64,000 nucleotides of DNA from Fidelibacterota bacterium (GTDB lineage: Bacteria; Fidelibacterota; UBA8477; JABMPR01). The stretch's first letter is position 1. Each line of letters opens with the position of its first letter. A program made the translations under genes and the position numbers. The stretch is taken from NCBI GenBank assembly GCA_021734255.1, contig JAIPJM010000012.1, forward strand, positions 12,291-76,290. The letters run 5' to 3'. The notes under the pieces are model-generated. The model saw nothing but the letters and a program-made list of their open reading frames with translations, was not told where the DNA came from and searched no databases. Positions 1-10,310 of the stretch are shown piece by piece.

Positions 1-546
1 AACACGGGCGAACAGAGCGATAGAGCTTGCACCCAGTGAAAATCCAGAAAGCACAGCCATAACCATGCTCATGTCTGAAAAGATCTCTCTATAGATCAGA
101 AACAGACTACCCAGACCAATGACACCCAGTCCAACAACGCTCAAGCCCATGACGGATCCACCAGCAAAGGCAACGCCCAGAGCTTTGGCAAGACCTGTAC
201 GGGCTGCTTGTGAAGTGCGATAGTTTGCTTTGGTTGCAACGCGCATGCCCAGGAAACCGGCCAGGCCCGAAGCCAGAGCACCCACAACAAATGAAGCAGC
301 TACGAGCGGGCTTTTCCCTTCGCCACTATTAGCAACACCTAAAAGAATTGCTACTGCGACGATAAAAATAGCCAGCACCCGATATTCAGCTTTCAAAAAT
401 GCCATGGCACCATCAGCAATATGCTTGCCGATACGCTTCATGGTATCAGAACCTTCATCCTGCTTGTTGATCCAACCTGTTTTCCAAAATGCAAACACCA
501 GGGCAATAAACCCACTGACTGGAACCCAGATCATCATGTCACTCAT
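1..546 (-). CDS. hppA: membrane-bound H+/Na+-translocating pyrophosphatase, N-terminal part (gene continues beyond window start)
   Basis: Minus-strand translation from ATG at 546 reads MSDMMIWVPVSGFIALVFAFWKTGWINKQDEGSDTMKRIGKHIADGAMAFLKAEYRVLAIF... This is a typical V-PPase N-terminus with the GAMAFL..EY motif. RC GGAGG RBS at 554-558. The listed + ORF 230-715 is its antisense shadow. Confidence 0.75.
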   Translation of the reverse strand, partial: MSDMMIWVPVSGFIALVFAFWKTGWINKQDEGSDTMKRIGKHIADGAMAFLKAEYRVLAIFIVAVAILLGVANSGEGKSPLVAASFVVGALASGLAGFLGMRVATKANYRTSQAARTGLAKALGVAFAGGSVMGLSVVGLGVIGLGSLFLIYREIFSDMSMVMAVLSGFSLGASSIALFARV

Positions 547-547
547 A

Positions 548-1174
548 TCAATTTTCCTCCTTTATATCCTTGGCCTGGTCAAGGTCTTTTGCTTCAGCAT
601 GAGCCAGCTTCTTCAGATTGACATTGTAGCGGTTCATCGCCTGGTCCATGCCATCTTTCAGCCAATACTCGATCGCATCAGCAGCTTTATCAACCTGCTC
701 AGGAAGGATATTTAAATCACTTTTTGAATAATTTTCCAATACGAAATCTTCAGCGAGACGTTTCCCCTGCTCACCACCGATTCCCATTCTCAATCTGGGG
801 AAGTCGTGGGTGCCAAGATGCTGGATAACGGACCGTACCCCATTATGGGTGCCTGCTCCCCCCTGCTTTCGCAGTCGGATCTCAGGAAAGTCAATATCCA
901 GGTCATCAAAGACCAGCATGCTTTGCTCCTCCGCCACCTTGAAATAGTCCATAAGGTGCCGGACAGCCTGACCACTATTATTCATATAGGTCGTCGGCTT
1001 CATGAGGATTGCATCCTGCTGGTTGCATTTTGCGAAGATGTAGCTGCCTTTTCCCGGACGGAAATCAGCCTGCCACCGTCTGGCAAGTTCATCAATGACC
1101 AGAAAGCCGGCATTATGCCTTGTTTTGGCATATCGGTCGCCAGGGTTTCCCAGTCCAATGATTGCATGCAGCAT
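548..1174 (-). CDS. pth: peptidyl-tRNA hydrolase
   Basis: MLHAIIGLGNPGDRYAKTRHNAGF... with the canonical Pth N-terminal motif. Conserved position downstream of ctc. Confidence 0.9.
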   Translation of the reverse strand: MLHAIIGLGNPGDRYAKTRHNAGFLVIDELARRWQADFRPGKGSYIFAKCNQQDAILMKPTTYMNNSGQAVRHLMDYFKVAEEQSMLVFDDLDIDFPEIRLRKQGGAGTHNGVRSVIQHLGTHDFPRLRMGIGGEQGKRLAEDFVLENYSKSDLNILPEQVDKAADAIEYWLKDGMDQAMNRYNVNLKKLAHAEAKDLDQAKDIKEEN

Positions 1175-1199
1175 ACGTCGTCTCTTGTTTCAGACCAGA

Positions 1200-1886
1200 T
1201 TATTCTTCTTTGCCTTCAGATTTCTCTTCAGAGCCTTCACCGTTGCCTTCACCTTCGCCTTCAGCGCCTTCTTCATCTTCGAATTCCAACTCATCGTCTT
1301 CAGTCTCGACAACGGGCTCTTCGAATTTCTGTGGAAGGACCACTGAGGCCAGGGTTGCATCGTCGGCTAGGAGAACTTCATAAGTTTCAGTTGGCAGATC
1401 ACTGGCGTGGATCGCGTCACCAACCATGAGCTCTGACACATCAACTTCGACCGCATCCGGTACATCTGCACCTTTACAGCGAACCAAAACCTCGTGGATC
1501 GTCTGCTGGAGAAGACCCCCTTCTTTTACTCCTGGAGCATCACCAATCATGATCACAGGAACAGGGATCTCAATGATATCTCTAAGACGGATACCAAGAA
1601 AATCGACGTGTATGACCTGGTCGGTTACCGGATGATACTGGATCTCCTTGACCATGGCACGACGTTGCTCTCCATCGATCTCGATGTTAAAAACCTTGTC
1701 ACCTGAATGCATGGCTTCGCGGAAATGTGATTCGGTCATGACATAGGATAGAGCATCTTCCCCGCGTGAATAAAAATTCACAGGAATGAAACCTTCCTTG
1801 CGCAGTGTTTTCGCTGCGCGCCGTCCAAACTCACTTCTCTGCTCAATCTGCAATTCAAAACGTTTTGAAACTTTTGCTTGAGCCAT
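1200..1886 (-). CDS. rplY: 50S ribosomal protein L25 / general stress protein Ctc with acidic E/G-rich C-terminal tail
   Basis: MAQAKVSKRFELQIEQRSEFGRRAAKTLRKEGFIPVNFY is an L25/Ctc-family N-terminus. prs-ctc-pth synteny supports the call. Confidence 0.85.
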   Translation of the reverse strand: MAQAKVSKRFELQIEQRSEFGRRAAKTLRKEGFIPVNFYSRGEDALSYVMTESHFREAMHSGDKVFNIEIDGEQRRAMVKEIQYHPVTDQVIHVDFLGIRLRDIIEIPVPVIMIGDAPGVKEGGLLQQTIHEVLVRCKGADVPDAVEVDVSELMVGDAIHASDLPTETYEVLLADDATLASVVLPQKFEEPVVETEDDELEFEDEEGAEGEGEGNGEGSEEKSEGKEE

Positions 1887-1912
1887 TTTCTCTTTCCTTT
1901 ACTTCTCTATTT

Positions 1913-2845
1913 CTATACGTCAAATAGTATACTTATGGATTCTTCGTCATGGATCCGCTTGATCGCTTCCCCAAAGACTGATGCCACACTCACGTGCATC
2001 ATCTTGTCCATCCACTTATCCTCTGGAATGTGAATGGTATCTGTGATCAGCATGCGATCGATCTTGGAATCTTTGATCCGATCGATGGCAGGACCTGACA
2101 GAACGCCATGCGTTACCGCTGCGTTCACTGACAGCGCCCCCATTTCTTTTGCCTTGTGGGCAGCAGCAACCAGAGTGCCTGCTGTGTCAACCATGTCATC
2201 CATGATGAGCACATTCTTAGCGCCTACCTTACCAATAAGATGCATGACCTCTGCCACATTGTGCCCTGGTCGACGTTTATCGATGATGGCCAGGGTGGCA
2301 TCCAGAAGTTTTGCATAAGATCGGGACATGGGTACCGAGCCAATATCAGGAGCCAGCACCACCAGATTATCCAATCCCAGATCCTTGATCGCTTTCACCA
2401 GCACCTTCTTGGAGTAGAGGTGATCGAAGGGGATGTTAAAATATCCCTGGATCTGACTACTGTGGAGGTCCATGGAGACCACCCGATCGGCACCGGCGGT
2501 CTGGAACAGGTCAGCGAAAAGTTTTGCACTGATCGGTACACGCGGCTGATCCTTACGATCCTGACGGGCATAACCATAATAAGGGACAACAGCTGTCACC
2601 CGTCGCGCGGACGCACGTTTGGCCGCATCAAGAGCCAGGAGCAGTTCCATCATGTTGGTGCTTGGTGGGTTGGTGCTTTGTATGATAAAGACATCCTCGC
2701 CTCGGATGTTCTCGTCAAAGCGAACCCACAGTTCACCATCACTAAAGGGCTTGATCGTCATTTTTCCCAGTTCTATACCCAGATAATCGGCAACAGCCTG
2801 TCCAAATTCGGGGTTGGACCGACCAACAAACAGTTTTGGCTTCAT
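1913..2845 (-). CDS. prs: ribose-phosphate pyrophosphokinase (PRPP synthetase)
   Basis: KLFVGRSNPEFGQAVADYLG..., PRPP-binding loop and DMVDTAGT motif. The ORF extends to 2902 but the upstream Met codons abut the tRNA, so the start at MKPKLFVG (2845) is preferred and the start is uncertain. Confidence 0.85.
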   Translation of the reverse strand: MKPKLFVGRSNPEFGQAVADYLGIELGKMTIKPFSDGELWVRFDENIRGEDVFIIQSTNPPSTNMMELLLALDAAKRASARRVTAVVPYYGYARQDRKDQPRVPISAKLFADLFQTAGADRVVSMDLHSSQIQGYFNIPFDHLYSKKVLVKAIKDLGLDNLVVLAPDIGSVPMSRSYAKLLDATLAIIDKRRPGHNVAEVMHLIGKVGAKNVLIMDDMVDTAGTLVAAAHKAKEMGALSVNAAVTHGVLSGPAIDRIKDSKIDRMLITDTIHIPEDKWMDKMMHVSVASVFGEAIKRIHDEESISILFDV

Positions 2846-2904
2846 GAGCGCTTTTCCCGTTCTTTTCGTGTTCATTGGTTGCATTTTTCTTTTAATAAAC
2901 ATGT

Positions 2905-2975
2905 TCCGGGAGGAGGATTCGAACCCCCATAACCAGCTCCAAAAGCTGGGGTCCTACCATTGAACGATCCCGGAA
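2905..2975 (-). tRNA. tRNA-Gln (anticodon TTG)
   Basis: The reverse complement folds as a cloverleaf: TCCGGGA acceptor, anticodon stem CCAGC/GCTGG with loop TTTTGGA (anticodon UUG), and T-arm GGTTCGAATCC. Confidence 0.8.
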
Positions 2976-2985
2976 TGAAAAATTT

Positions 2986-3834
2986 TTATATGCGTGGGTG
3001 TGTTGTCAGAGTATGGTAACGGTTTATAAAGCGTAATTGGGCAGCTTGAGCGGACTCCAAGCTGTCAAAGATCCCATACACAGTCGAGCCACTACCCGAC
3101 AAACTGGCGAAATATGCTCCTTGCTTCAGGAGCTCTTGTTTTATTGTGCCAATTTCTGGATGCATATGAAAAACAACAGATTCAAATTCGTTTTCAAAAA
3201 ACCGTACCAAAGTCGCCTTGTCTAAAAGGCGGCCAAAAGTAATCGGGGGGGGGTGGGCTGTCAATGGTATTTTTAATGCTTCAAATGCTTGTTTTGTCGA
3301 GATATGAATGGGGGGAATGACCAGCAGAAAAACGCCCTCAAAATCAAGCGCTTTGGGTTCCAGCCTTTCGCCAATACCTGTCCCATGCTGGAGTCCGCCT
3401 TTCAGGAAGAAAGGCACATCTGCCCCCAGCTTCAAAGCGATAGATTCCAACTGTTTAGGATCCAGGGGGGCCTCTACGATCTGGTTGAGACCTCTGAGGA
3501 CCGCAGCCGCATCAGCCGATCCACCGCCCAGTCCAGATCCCGGTGGAACTATTTTGTCCAGGGCGATCGTAAGCGGCAGCTCAATACCTGCAGCTTCTGT
3601 GAAACTGTGGTAGGCTGCCTCACAGATATTCTGACCCCCGATCTCAAGATTTACCCCGGTGGTGGCGAAACGAAAGGTGTCAGATGGCGCGAAGTGGAGT
3701 GTATCGCCCCAGTCCAGCTGGAGAAAGACCGTATCCAATTCGTGGTAGCCATCCGGGCGTTTACCCAGAACCCGCAGCCCCAGGTTCACCTTGGTGTGGG
3801 CATCCAGAGAGAAGGGTGTAAAGTGTTGACTCAT
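2986..3834 (-). CDS. ispE: 4-diphosphocytidyl-2-C-methyl-D-erythritol kinase
   Basis: GHMP-kinase motif PPGSGLGGGSADAAAVLRGLN. Synteny with prs/ctc/pth as in Firmicutes and others. Confidence 0.85.
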   Translation of the reverse strand: MSQHFTPFSLDAHTKVNLGLRVLGKRPDGYHELDTVFLQLDWGDTLHFAPSDTFRFATTGVNLEIGGQNICEAAYHSFTEAAGIELPLTIALDKIVPPGSGLGGGSADAAAVLRGLNQIVEAPLDPKQLESIALKLGADVPFFLKGGLQHGTGIGERLEPKALDFEGVFLLVIPPIHISTKQAFEALKIPLTAHPPPITFGRLLDKATLVRFFENEFESVVFHMHPEIGTIKQELLKQGAYFASLSGSGSTVYGIFDSLESAQAAQLRFINRYHTLTTHPRI

Positions 3835-3891
3835 GCGATCAAGTTATGATTTCTGTTTGAAGAGTGAAGATTTAAGATATGATATCCATTT

Positions 3892-3984
3892 GCCATCCTG
3901 AGCCGAAGGCGAAGAATCTTGATCCAGCTTGATCAATTCGAAACCTCAAAAGGGAGATCCTTCGCCTTCGGCTCAGGATGACAC
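3892..3984. repeat. MITE-like element with perfect 21-bp terminal inverted repeats (CATCCTGAGCCGAAGGCGAAG)
   Basis: 3894-3914 is the exact reverse complement of 3960-3980. The internal GAAGAATCTTGATCCAG is shared with the element at 40847-40975. Confidence 0.6.
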
Positions 3985-3987
3985 CTT

Positions 3988-4659
3988 TTATTTCGGTTCC
4001 TCCGAGCCTCCTTGTTTGCTTGCCAGGTTCTTCCGGACAATGACGAATCGATGAAACAGAAATCCCCCGATAATGAGAACCAATAACAAGGAAACGATCA
4101 GGTTATATCGTTTCAGATAGATCGTGATCTGTTCCCAATTCTCACCAATGGAGCCACCCAGCCAGATCAAGGCACCATTCCAGAATAAGCTGGAAACGAG
4201 GGAAAGACCGGCCACCTTCCAGACATTCAGTCTCCCGATTCCGGAGAACAATCCAACGACACTTCTTAATCCAGCCAGGAAACGATTGATGAGAACAACG
4301 CCATATCCGTATGTCTCAAACAATTTTTCGACTCGCTCAAGGCTGCTGGGCGAGAACCAGGTTTGCTGGGTTGAGTACATCACGCCTCTGCCATACTTAT
4401 AGCCAGCCAGATATAGGGTCATAAAGCCCAGGACAGAGCCGAACAGGGTTGTTGTCAGCGCCATCCCAAAGGACATCTCTCCCCTGCCCACCATGTAGGC
4501 ACCAAAAAGCAGGATGGTATCACCCGGTATTGGTGGAAAAATATTCTCAATATAGGATGCCAGGAAAATGGTCACGAAAACCAGCCAGGCCGGTGACTGT
4601 CCGATAAATTCGAAGAGGGACTCTAGCACCAGCTTGCCTCGTTCAAGCACTCTGACCAT
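3988..4659 (-). CDS. DedA/SNARE-associated family membrane protein
   Basis: Multi-TM protein with the DedA-like motif FLASYIENIFPPIPGDTILLFGAY. Confidence 0.65.
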   Translation of the reverse strand: MVRVLERGKLVLESLFEFIGQSPAWLVFVTIFLASYIENIFPPIPGDTILLFGAYMVGRGEMSFGMALTTTLFGSVLGFMTLYLAGYKYGRGVMYSTQQTWFSPSSLERVEKLFETYGYGVVLINRFLAGLRSVVGLFSGIGRLNVWKVAGLSLVSSLFWNGALIWLGGSIGENWEQITIYLKRYNLIVSLLLVLIIGGFLFHRFVIVRKNLASKQGGSEEPK

Positions 4660-4735
4660 AGAGATCGTGGGGGCTTACATAAGATATTTCTGGATGTCTT
4701 CACCACTGATGGGTCCCAATTTATAATTCAACCCT

Positions 4736-5227
4736 TTAGTTTTTCACGAGTAAGCAGACGGCTTGTGCTTCAACAGCAGCTCCGCTGCCTGTCATCCCCA
4801 GTCCCTCAGTCGTGGTCGCCTTGACGGAGACCTGTTCCATTGAGATGCCCATGGTCTCTGAAAGTTTCTTACGCATACCCGTGATATAGCTTTTCAGCTT
4901 GGGTTGCTGCAGCACCACTGTTGCATCCACATTCCCCACGGCATAGCCCTCGCCGGCAACAAGATCGCTCACGTGTTTCAGCAGATTAATGGAATAGGCG
5001 CCTTCATAATCAGGGTCCGTATCAGGAAAGTGTTGTCCGATATCGCCCATGGCCAGTGCACCCAGCAGGGCATCACAGATCGCGTGGGTCAAAGCATCCC
5101 CATCTGAGTGACCCAGCGTTCCTTTCTCAAAAGGAACCTCAACGCCGCCCAGAACCAACTTCCGATCTTCCACGAGCTGGTGGACATCATACCCGGTCCC
5201 GATCTTCATTTTTGGTTTTTCTGACAT
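4736..5227 (-). CDS. ispF: 2-C-methyl-D-erythritol 2,4-cyclodiphosphate synthase
   Basis: IGTGYDVHQL...GHSDGDALTHAICDALLGA, the canonical IspF signature. Confidence 0.9.
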   Translation of the reverse strand: MSEKPKMKIGTGYDVHQLVEDRKLVLGGVEVPFEKGTLGHSDGDALTHAICDALLGALAMGDIGQHFPDTDPDYEGAYSINLLKHVSDLVAGEGYAVGNVDATVVLQQPKLKSYITGMRKKLSETMGISMEQVSVKATTTEGLGMTGSGAAVEAQAVCLLVKN

Positions 5228-5271
5228 TGGTTTTTCTCAGTGTCCTCTACGCTCTCCGTCGTTTTACCTGG

Positions 5272-6327
5272 CTATCGAATAAACATGGCATCGCCATAAC
5301 TGAAGAAGCGATACTTTTTCTCAATAGCTTCATGGTAAGCCTTCAGGATCTTTTCCCTGGATGAAAAGGCAGACACCAGCATGAGCAATGTGGACTTGGG
5401 CTGGTGAAAGTTTGTGATCATACCATCAACAACCCTAAACTCATAGGGTGGATAGATGAACTTGTTGGTCCAGCCATCGCCAGCTTCCAGTTCCCGCGGG
5501 TACATAACCGCTGATTCCAGTGCACGTACTACTGTGGTTCCCACACCGATGATGCGATTTCCGTTTGCTTTCGCTTCTTTGATGGCGCTGACCGTTTCCT
5601 CCGGGACATTGAAGTACTCGGCATCCATCTGATGCTTGGTGATATCTTCCACATTCACCGGACGGAAGGTGCCCAGTCCTACATGCAGGATGACGGTGTG
5701 GATCTTCACTCCCTTGGCTTTGGCTTTCTTCAGCAGGGCGTCGGTAAAGTGCAGTCCCGCTGTGGGAGCAGCCACGGCACCCCGATGTTCCGCATAAACG
5801 GTCTGATAGCGTTCTTTATCCTTGTCGTTGGCTTCTCGCTCGATGTAAGGCGGTAGGGGCCAGTGTCCAACTTCATCCAGGATGGAGTAGAAATCACCGC
5901 CATTCTTGTCAAAGCGAACCACTCGTCCACCGGAGACAGTATTGTCCACGACATCACAGGTGATCTTGTCACCAATGACCAGTTTGTTGCCAACCCTGAC
6001 TTTACGGGCAGGTTTGACCAGGGTTTCCCACAGATTATTTCCCAGCTCCCTGAGCAGGAAGAGTTCAATCTCTGTATCTGTTTTATCCTTGTGGGCAAAA
6101 AGCCGGGAAGGAAACACTTTGGTATTATTCAGGATCAGCACATCTCCTTTTTCAAGAGCATCCACAACATTTGAGAATTTACTGTGCTCTACATTTCCTG
6201 ATTGGGCATCTAATAATAACAATTTTGAGCCATCCCGCTTTGATGTGGGATGCTGAGCGATCAGGTCTTCTGGTAGCTCATAATCAAAATCTGATAAGGT
6301 TAAGGCTTTGGCGCGATCAAACAGCAT
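5272..6327 (-). CDS. queA: S-adenosylmethionine:tRNA ribosyltransferase-isomerase
   Basis: LSDFDYELPEDLIAQHP N-terminus and full-length QueA similarity. Confidence 0.9.
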   Translation of the reverse strand: MLFDRAKALTLSDFDYELPEDLIAQHPTSKRDGSKLLLLDAQSGNVEHSKFSNVVDALEKGDVLILNNTKVFPSRLFAHKDKTDTEIELFLLRELGNNLWETLVKPARKVRVGNKLVIGDKITCDVVDNTVSGGRVVRFDKNGGDFYSILDEVGHWPLPPYIEREANDKDKERYQTVYAEHRGAVAAPTAGLHFTDALLKKAKAKGVKIHTVILHVGLGTFRPVNVEDITKHQMDAEYFNVPEETVSAIKEAKANGNRIIGVGTTVVRALESAVMYPRELEAGDGWTNKFIYPPYEFRVVDGMITNFHQPKSTLLMLVSAFSSREKILKAYHEAIEKKYRFFSYGDAMFIR

Positions 6328-6330
6328 ATC

Positions 6331-7365
6331 TTAGTCTTTCTCTCCTTTAAATAAATCGGTCTGTGGTATCTCATTCTTGAGCACAAACCCTAAATGACGA
6401 TAAGCCTGAGGTGTAGCCATACGACCTCGGGCAGTTCTAATTAAAAATCCTTCCATAATTAGAAAGGGCTCATATACTTCTTCTAAGGTGTTGGCCTCTT
6501 CTCCAACTGCAACGGAAAGGGAATTGAGACCAACGGGTCCCCCGTCAAATTTTTCGATCAATGCGCTGAGGATCCGCTTATCCATATCATCCAGGCCATA
6601 CTCATCTACATTCAACATTCTGAGTGCTTCATCTGCCAGGGTCTTATTGATCGTTCCGTCGCTTTTGACCTGGGCAAAATCTCTCACTCTGCGTAAGAGT
6701 CTGTTGGCTATCCTGGGTGTTCCCCGGCTGCGCTGTGCCAACTCCAGAGACCCCTCATCATCAATCGGGACATTCAGAATATTTGCTGATCGTTTGATGA
6801 TCTTCTGCAATTGTTCTGGTTCATAAAAGTCCAGCCGCAGCACAACACCAAAGCGAGCCCGCATGGGCGGCGTCAGCAGTCCAGCCCTTGTCGTGGCACC
6901 GATCAGCGTGAAGGGTTCCAGACTCAATTGGACACTGCGGGCACTGGGCCCTTTGTCGATCATGATATCGATCCGATAGTCTTCCATGGCGGAATAAAGA
7001 TACTCTTCCACAACATGGTTCAGGCGATGGACCTCATCGATAAAGAAGACGTCCCGGGTGTCCAGATTGGTGAGCAGGCCAGCCAGATCAGCCGCCTTGT
7101 CCATGACCGGACCAGAGGTGATCTTGATATTAACTTCCAGCTCTTTTGCCACCAACATGGCCAGCGTGGTTTTACCTAATCCGGGTGGTCCAAAAAGCAG
7201 CACGTGATCCAGGGCTTCCATGCGTTGTTTGGTTGCCTCGATAAAGACCTTCAGCTGCGCCACTGTATCTTCCTGGCCGACGAAATCGTCCAGACTCTGC
7301 GGCCGGAGTGCCCGATCAAATTCCTGCTCTTCGGTCAGTTGTTGCGGTTGGGTTAAATCACTCAT
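6331..7365 (-). CDS. ruvB: Holliday junction branch migration helicase RuvB
   Basis: Walker [15 protein letters not shown] and RuvB-specific flanking sequence. Confidence 0.9.
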   Translation of the reverse strand: MSDLTQPQQLTEEQEFDRALRPQSLDDFVGQEDTVAQLKVFIEATKQRMEALDHVLLFGPPGLGKTTLAMLVAKELEVNIKITSGPVMDKAADLAGLLTNLDTRDVFFIDEVHRLNHVVEEYLYSAMEDYRIDIMIDKGPSARSVQLSLEPFTLIGATTRAGLLTPPMRARFGVVLRLDFYEPEQLQKIIKRSANILNVPIDDEGSLELAQRSRGTPRIANRLLRRVRDFAQVKSDGTINKTLADEALRMLNVDEYGLDDMDKRILSALIEKFDGGPVGLNSLSVAVGEEANTLEEVYEPFLIMEGFLIRTARGRMATPQAYRHLGFVLKNEIPQTDLFKGEKD

Positions 7366-7487
7366 TTATCGATACATATCATATTTAATTGTTATTTCTC
7401 TCGGGTATCCTAATGATGCGAAAGATGCCGGCAAATATAGTCGGCGGGGGTACCCCTTTCCAAGCAGAGTCGTAACAATCCCTTAGC

Positions 7488-10310
7488 CTAGACATCAAGC
7501 ATTTCTTTTAGATATTTCCCTGTGTAGGATCGCTTCACTTTGGTCACCTCTTCAGGTGTACCTTCGGCCAGGATCTGTCCACCACCATCACCACCCTCAG
7601 GCCCCAGATCAATGACATGATCCGCTGATTTAATGACATCCAGGTTATGCTCAATGACCAGCACGGTATTACCCTTATCCACGAGACGGTTCAACACGGT
7701 CAATAGCATATTCACATCTGCAAAATGCAGACCTGTGGTGGGCTCGTCCAGGATATAGAAGGTACGTCCGGTACCTACCCGACTCAACTCACTGGCCAGC
7801 TTCACACGCTGGGCTTCTCCGCCCGAAAGTGTCGTGGCTTGTTGCCCGAGTTTGATGTATCCCAGACCGACATCGACCAGTGTTTTAAGTTTGCGCTTGA
7901 GCCCTGGTATGGCTTTGAAAAATTGGTAGCCCTCTTCGACGGACATATCCAAAACATCGGCAATGGTCTTCCGCTTGTACTGAATTTGCAGAGTCTCACG
8001 ATTATAACGTTTCCCCTTACAGTCTTCACACTGGACATAGACATCTGGCAGGAAGTGCATTTCGATCTTACGGATACCATCACCCTGGCAGGATTCGCAG
8101 CGACCGCCTTTTACGTTGAAGGAGAATCGTCCCGGCTTGTAGCCTCTCAGTTTCGATTCCGGGAGTTGTGAGAACAGATCGCGGATGAAGGTAAAAGAGC
8201 CTGTGTAGGTGGCTGGGTTTGAACGAGGGGTTCGTCCAATAGGGGATTGGTCGATATTGACCACCTTGTCAACGTAGGCCAGTCCTTCCACGCGTTCGTA
8301 TTTCAGGGAGGTGATCTTGGTGCTATAGATGGACCTGGCCATAGCCGGGTAAAGGGTCTGATTGATCAGGGAGGACTTTCCTGAGCCAGAAACGCCTGTG
8401 ATACAGATGAATTTCCCCAAGGGAAAATCGACGGTGAGTTTTTGCAGGTTATTCCCCCGGGCACCGAATATAGTGATCCTACTGTTGCGGCCTTCTCTTC
8501 TCTGTTTAGGAACAGGGATACTTAGCTTGCCGGAAAGATACTTTGCTGTCAACGAATCTTTATTTTTTAAGATCTGCTTCAGGGTTCCTACGGCGACGAT
8601 CTCTCCGCCGTGTTCGCCGGCACCAGGCCCCACATCAACAATAAGGTCGGCCTCTTCCATGGTCTCCTGATCATGTTCAATGACCAGGACAGTATTTCCC
8701 AGATCACGTAAATGTTTTAAAGTGTCGATCAATCGGCGGTTGTCGCGCTGGTGCAATCCAATCGATGGTTCATCCAGGATATATAAAACTCCCACCAGCT
8801 GTGAACCGATCTGCGTCGCTAGTCGAATACGCTGTGCCTCGCCTCCCGATAATGTTCCTGCGGTTCGGGATAAGTTTAAATAATCCAGGCCAACATTAAC
8901 CAGAAAACTAAGTCGCTCCCGCACCTCTTTTAGGATTTGTTTACCGATGGCATCTTCAGTTGCCGTAAGTTTTAATTTTTCGAAGAACACCTGGAGTTCC
9001 TTGATCGGCATTTGACTTAGCTCAGTTATACTTTTACCACCGATGAGGACATGGTTAGCCTCTATCCGTAAGCGTGAGCCACTGCACGACTCACAGGGCA
9101 GGCTGCTCATGAATCCTTCGACCCATTTTCTAACACCAGGAGAGGTCGTTTGTTTGTAGCGTCTTTCCAGATTTGGGATCACACCCTCGAAGCCGCCTTC
9201 ATACTCACCTTTCCAGCGATCCGATTCATATTCCATTTTTATTTTTTTGTCACCAGTCCCGTAAATGACCGCTTCCCGGGCCTCCTCGCTGATACTGCTC
9301 CAGGGTTGGGTAAACTTGAATTTATAGTGTTTTGCCAGGCTTTTCAGGATGGCTGCATACCAGTTTCCGCGTGGTTGCTCACCCAAGGGAACAATGGCAC
9401 CCTGAAGTAGAGACCTTCGTTTATCTGGAATGATCAGATTTACATCCATGCTCGTTTTTAATCCCAGGCCATCACAGTCCGGACAGGCGCCAAATGGTCC
9501 ATTAAACGAAAAGAGTCTTGGCTCCAGATCAGGATAGCTGATCTCGCAATAAGGACAGGCATAATGTTCCGAGAATATATGTTCGGATTCACCAACCACA
9601 TCCACGATCACCATGCCAGATCCATGTTTTAAAGCTAACTCAACAGAATCTGTTAAGCGCTCTTTGTATTCGTCGTTAATAACAAGTCTATCAATAACTA
9701 TCTCAATTTTATGTTTCTTCTTTTTTTCTAAGGATACAGTTTTAGAAACTTCTTGGATCTTACCATCTACCCGAACGCGAACGAACCCCTCTCGCTTTAT
9801 TTCTTTAAACGTTTCTTTAAACTCACCCTTTCTACTGCTTACAATAGGGGAGAGGATCTGAATATTTGCATTGTGTTTTAAATTCAGAATAGAATCAACG
9901 ATCTGTTGAACGGTCTGTCGGGTAATAGGACGGCCACAACTATAACAGACGGGGCGACCGATCCTGGCAAAGAGAAGTCTCAAATAATCATGGATCTCGG
10001 TAACTGTCCCCACTGTTGAGCGTGGGTTCCGACTGGCAGTTTTCTGCTCAATAGAAATTGCTGGCGAGAGGCCATCGATGTAATCCACATCGGGTTTTTC
10101 CATGAGACCCAGGAACTGACGGGCATACGCCGACAGTGATTCGACGTAGCGTCGTTGTCCCTCAGCATAGATGGTATCAAAAGCCAGGGAGGTTTTCCCT
10201 GATCCAGACAGGCCTGTGATGACGATGAATTTATCCCGGGGCAGTTCCAGGTTGACATTTTTCAGGTTGTGTTCACGAGCGCCATGAACCACTAATTTTT
10301 CACTTCGCAT
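7488..10310 (-). CDS. uvrA: excinuclease ABC subunit A
   Basis: 940 aa with two ABC ATPase modules ([26 protein letters not shown]) and zinc-finger cysteines. Confidence 0.95.
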   Translation of the reverse strand: MRSEKLVVHGAREHNLKNVNLELPRDKFIVITGLSGSGKTSLAFDTIYAEGQRRYVESLSAYARQFLGLMEKPDVDYIDGLSPAISIEQKTASRNPRSTVGTVTEIHDYLRLLFARIGRPVCYSCGRPITRQTVQQIVDSILNLKHNANIQILSPIVSSRKGEFKETFKEIKREGFVRVRVDGKIQEVSKTVSLEKKKKHKIEIVIDRLVINDEYKERLTDSVELALKHGSGMVIVDVVGESEHIFSEHYACPYCEISYPDLEPRLFSFNGPFGACPDCDGLGLKTSMDVNLIIPDKRRSLLQGAIVPLGEQPRGNWYAAILKSLAKHYKFKFTQPWSSISEEAREAVIYGTGDKKIKMEYESDRWKGEYEGGFEGVIPNLERRYKQTTSPGVRKWVEGFMSSLPCESCSGSRLRIEANHVLIGGKSITELSQMPIKELQVFFEKLKLTATEDAIGKQILKEVRERLSFLVNVGLDYLNLSRTAGTLSGGEAQRIRLATQIGSQLVGVLYILDEPSIGLHQRDNRRLIDTLKHLRDLGNTVLVIEHDQETMEEADLIVDVGPGAGEHGGEIVAVGTLKQILKNKDSLTAKYLSGKLSIPVPKQRREGRNSRITIFGARGNNLQKLTVDFPLGKFICITGVSGSGKSSLINQTLYPAMARSIYSTKITSLKYERVEGLAYVDKVVNIDQSPIGRTPRSNPATYTGSFTFIRDLFSQLPESKLRGYKPGRFSFNVKGGRCESCQGDGIRKIEMHFLPDVYVQCEDCKGKRYNRETLQIQYKRKTIADVLDMSVEEGYQFFKAIPGLKRKLKTLVDVGLGYIKLGQQATTLSGGEAQRVKLASELSRVGTGRTFYILDEPTTGLHFADVNMLLTVLNRLVDKGNTVLVIEHNLDVIKSADHVIDLGPEGGDGGGQILAEGTPEEVTKVKRSYTGKYLKEMLDV

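Noticed and set aside
230-715. 161 aa + strand ORF at window start
   Set aside because: It lies antisense to a minus-strand frame that encodes a clear H+-pyrophosphatase N-terminus ending at the ATG at 546. It has no motif and a composition-driven reading frame, so it is a shadow ORF.
1162-1383. Ser-rich 73 aa ORF
   Set aside because: It is the reverse-complement reading of the GAA/GGC-rich acidic tail of L25/Ctc, a low-complexity artefact.
806-1429. 207 aa + strand ORF spanning pth and ctc
   Set aside because: Antisense to two strongly supported genes (Pth and L25 motifs), so it is a shadow ORF.
2156-2932. 258 aa + ORF antisense to prs, running into the tRNA
   Set aside because: It overlaps the well-supported prs gene and tRNA-Gln on the opposite strand and has no motifs.
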